This document shows, piece by piece, positions 37,236 through 39,680 of a stretch of DNA of 39,680 nucleotides; positions within the stretch are counted from its first letter, which is position 1; every line of letters begins with the position of its first letter. Location of the stretch: IMG/VR virus record IMGVR_UViG_650377934_000001. One strand, given 5' to 3'. Made by a program: the position numbers and the translations under genes. Under the pieces are notes generated by a model. It was given only the letters and a program-made list of their open reading frames with translations. It was not told the DNA's origin and did no database searches. This DNA comes from a virus (lineage: Duplodnaviria; Heunggongvirae; Uroviricota; Caudoviricetes).

Positions 37236-39680
37236 TTACCCCAGCGCCTCCACAATCACAATCGCCGCCCGTTCTCCCGCCTTGCCATCCATAAACGCAT
37301 CGCAATAGTGATGGCGAATCTCCGTAAGCCGCGCCTGCACCGACCCCCAGTCAAACGCCTCTGACAATAAGTAACGCAGTTCCGCAACCTCATGAGCCAC
37401 CGGCAATATTTCGCGAATCCGCTGGTCGGCGCTCTCCGGCGTGGAATAACTTTTCTCACCGTCGAGCAGTTCCGTCATGCCCGGGAAGTCGAGCAGGATC
37501 ACCCGTTTATCAACGTGGATCGCATCGAAAATAAACCCACTGTTATCGGTGAGCACGTAATCGGCCTTTGCCAGTAGCGCCAGCGTGTGGCGGGCGGAGT
37601 CGGTGAGCTGTTTTAAGTGCCTGCGCGCCAGGGCCAGCGATGCAGCTTCTTGCGGGCGCGAGCTGGTGCCGTGGTGCAGTTTGCAAATCAGGTTCACATC
37701 ACCGCTTAAGCGGCCCAATTTTTCTGCCCAGTGGGGCAGGGAGCTTAATGCGCCAAACGTGGGGGCGTAGAGCACCGTAGGTTTACAGGAATCGGGTTGA
37801 ATATTTTCCGGCAGAGCGCGGTCGAACGTGCCGTTATGCCAGGCGTCGAAGCGCGGGTTGCCAACCACTTTTGCATTGCCGAAATGTTCCAGCGCCCGCT
37901 GGCTGTAGTGGCTGTAACACAAAATACGCTGATAAAAACGGTTCCAGTCTGCATGGTTCCACGTCTCTTTAGCTAAGCCGTACATGGCGCGGATGTTCAC
38001 GGGTGAAAGGCCATTGAGCGCAGGCGTGTGGTAGGGGCTGACCAGGCATTTCACCCGCTGACTATGTGCCTGCATCTCAGACAAGCGCATACCTTTAAGC
38101 TGCGGATCGTCGATGTTTTTCAGTGTTTCCAGCATCTCATCAAGAAACGGTTTAAACACGCGGTCATTGATCACTAGTGTGCAGCTCTTCCCCTGCGCCT
38201 GTAGAGCGGTGATGATTGGACGATACAGCGCGTAGTGGAATGAGGTTTCCATAAAAAAGCCGATGGTGTCGGCGATGGGTAATGCGGATGGCTTTGTGGA
38301 TACAGGTAACTTATTGAAATAGTGACTAATGTTGTCGGTCACTTTTTTCTCGATATCGCTAAAGCCCGGTCGCTGGTAACAAAGGCTCGGGTAACAGGCC
38401 AGCCATTTGTCGGCGCGTAGCAGCGGCTGCCAGACGTCTTCCAGCGAGTGCTCATCGTTGCTCAACTGCTGCGCCAGTTGCGGGTAGTAGCGGCTGTTCA
38501 CCAGATAAGCGCACACTTTGCGGCAGTCCCGCGCGTGCACCAGCCCCGGCAAACTTTTTAGCATCGTTCCCTGCGAAATTTCGCCGCCGAGGATCATCAC
38601 CTGCCAGGGAATTTTCGCCAGGCTCGCCAGCAGCGTGTTCAGCACCTGAATATGTTTTTCCTGCTTGAGAATAACCGCGTCATCTTCCAGCAACAGGTAA
38701 TTTTGCCAGCCATGCTGTTGCGCCAGTCGCAGCGCCTGCAAGTGCGACAGGCGGCGGCCCCGTTGACCGTTTTCATCTTCACAGGCGGCAAGGCGGGTGA
38801 TCTTCTCGGGTGGAATATGCAGCAATGCCAGTTCTTCACGGATCTGTTGTAAGCGATCCGGGCGTTTATCCAGATTCACGACGACCACCTGATCGATCGC
38901 CTGATGGTTGATCGCCTGGTGATGAGTGGCGTTATGCAGACTCAGATAAGCATTGCGCAGCAGCGGATCGCGGACGATATCCGTAAGCGCCGTGTTTACT
39001 GGCGTGCTGGCCCCGATAATAAAGTCTTTATCAAAGGTGTTGTGGCTATGCGAGATACACAAAATCGTGCGCTCGCCGGGCAGTTGCAGCGGGTTAACGC
39101 TGAAATTGTCGGTGAAACTTTTCTCTTCGCCTAAATTGCAATCATCGTCGTAACGGTGCTTTTTCAGGTAGTTACGGTGATAGCAAAAGGTGCCGTTGAG
39201 GATATTATGTGGGCCAAAGCTGCGGCTTTGAAAGATACGGTTGATATGGCTGTACCAGATGGGGATCTGGTCGGAACCGGAGATGAGCGCCCGGTGTTTT
39301 TGCATCATAGCGATGGTGTAAGAGATTTTATCTGCCGGATAGTAGTCGTCATCATCCATGCAGAGGATGTATTCGCCGCGCGCCAGTTCGTTGAGCATGT
39401 TGCGTTTTTTGCCCAGCGGCAGTTTTTCCGGGTGATGGATGTAGCGGATGTTAAAGGCTTCCGGCGTGCCATTGGTCAGGCGGTCGATGATGTGTTGATG
39501 GCTTTGTGGGGAATCGTCGAGGATGATGAGTTCGCGGCGGTCTGCCGGGTAATCCTGATAGCGGTACATATAGAGCAGGTACGGCAGGAATGCGCCGCGG
39601 TTCCAGGTTGGCGTGACGACGCTGACAAACGGTTTTTCGCGGTGGGTGGCGAGTGTTTTGATGATGGTTGGTGTTGGCAT
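37236..39680 (-). CDS. Three-domain polysaccharide biosynthesis enzyme: N-terminal GT2-like glycosyltransferase, central GT25-like domain, C-terminal CDP-glycerol glycerophosphotransferase (TagB/TagF-like); host gene
   Basis: 814-aa ORF ending at the window edge; DxD-type CMDDDDYY in the first domain; VVVVNLDKRPDRL start of the middle domain; LYAPTFG and DYVLTDNSGFIFDAIHVDKRVILL motifs in the C-terminal domain. Confidence 0.65.
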   Translation of the reverse strand: MPTPTIIKTLATHREKPFVSVVTPTWNRGAFLPYLLYMYRYQDYPADRRELIILDDSPQSHQHIIDRLTNGTPEAFNIRYIHHPEKLPLGKKRNMLNELARGEYILCMDDDDYYPADKISYTIAMMQKHRALISGSDQIPIWYSHINRIFQSRSFGPHNILNGTFCYHRNYLKKHRYDDDCNLGEEKSFTDNFSVNPLQLPGERTILCISHSHNTFDKDFIIGASTPVNTALTDIVRDPLLRNAYLSLHNATHHQAINHQAIDQVVVVNLDKRPDRLQQIREELALLHIPPEKITRLAACEDENGQRGRRLSHLQALRLAQQHGWQNYLLLEDDAVILKQEKHIQVLNTLLASLAKIPWQVMILGGEISQGTMLKSLPGLVHARDCRKVCAYLVNSRYYPQLAQQLSNDEHSLEDVWQPLLRADKWLACYPSLCYQRPGFSDIEKKVTDNISHYFNKLPVSTKPSALPIADTIGFFMETSFHYALYRPIITALQAQGKSCTLVINDRVFKPFLDEMLETLKNIDDPQLKGMRLSEMQAHSQRVKCLVSPYHTPALNGLSPVNIRAMYGLAKETWNHADWNRFYQRILCYSHYSQRALEHFGNAKVVGNPRFDAWHNGTFDRALPENIQPDSCKPTVLYAPTFGALSSLPHWAEKLGRLSGDVNLICKLHHGTSSRPQEAASLALARRHLKQLTDSARHTLALLAKADYVLTDNSGFIFDAIHVDKRVILLDFPGMTELLDGEKSYSTPESADQRIREILPVAHEVAELRYLLSEAFDWGSVQARLTEIRHHYCDAFMDGKAGERAAIVIVEALG

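Noticed and set aside
37052-37294. 80-aa + strand ORF spanning the prophage-host junction
   Set aside because: It reads through the Mu left-end transposase-binding sites, the TSD and the REP palindrome, starts with TTG and has no ribosome-binding site; an artefact of the junction.

Overview
The window is dominated by one complete Mu-type transposable prophage (436..37152; 36,717 bp; phage map inverted relative to window coordinates). As far as I can judge without a database search it is essentially canonical phage Mu. The + strand reads 5'-TGAAGCGGCGCACGAAAAACGCG at 436 (Mu right end) and ...GTACTTCAAGTGAATCAATACA-3' at 37152 (Mu left end), and both ends are flanked by a perfect 5-bp target-site duplication GCGGC (431-435 and 37153-37157). 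The gene set is collinear with Mu: c, ner, A, B, kil, early accessory ORFs, gam, gemA, mor, C, lys plus spanins, terminase, portal, head, sheath/tube, tape measure, baseplate, tail fibre S-U, a ~3-kb invertible G segment bounded by 34-bp inverted repeats, gin, com and mom. The prophage sits in a REP/BIME-like palindromic element between two convergent, intact host genes that both point to glycerol-phosphate-containing surface polysaccharide synthesis: a TagD-like cytidylyltransferase (1..396) and an 814-aa three-domain glycosyltransferase / TagF-like glycerophosphotransferase (37236..39680). No rRNA, tRNA or CRISPR array was seen. I could not identify any extra cargo or novel multi-gene system inside the prophage; length and gene order leave no room for an inserted island. 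The items most worth a second look are the insertion architecture, the G-segment switch state, the Dam-sensitive com-mom module, the holin-less lysis cassette, a few small ORFs including one antisense ORF with a good Shine-Dalgarno, and the host polysaccharide genes at the window edges. All homology statements come from motif recognition and memory of the Mu literature, not from searches; ORF starts are approximate unless stated.
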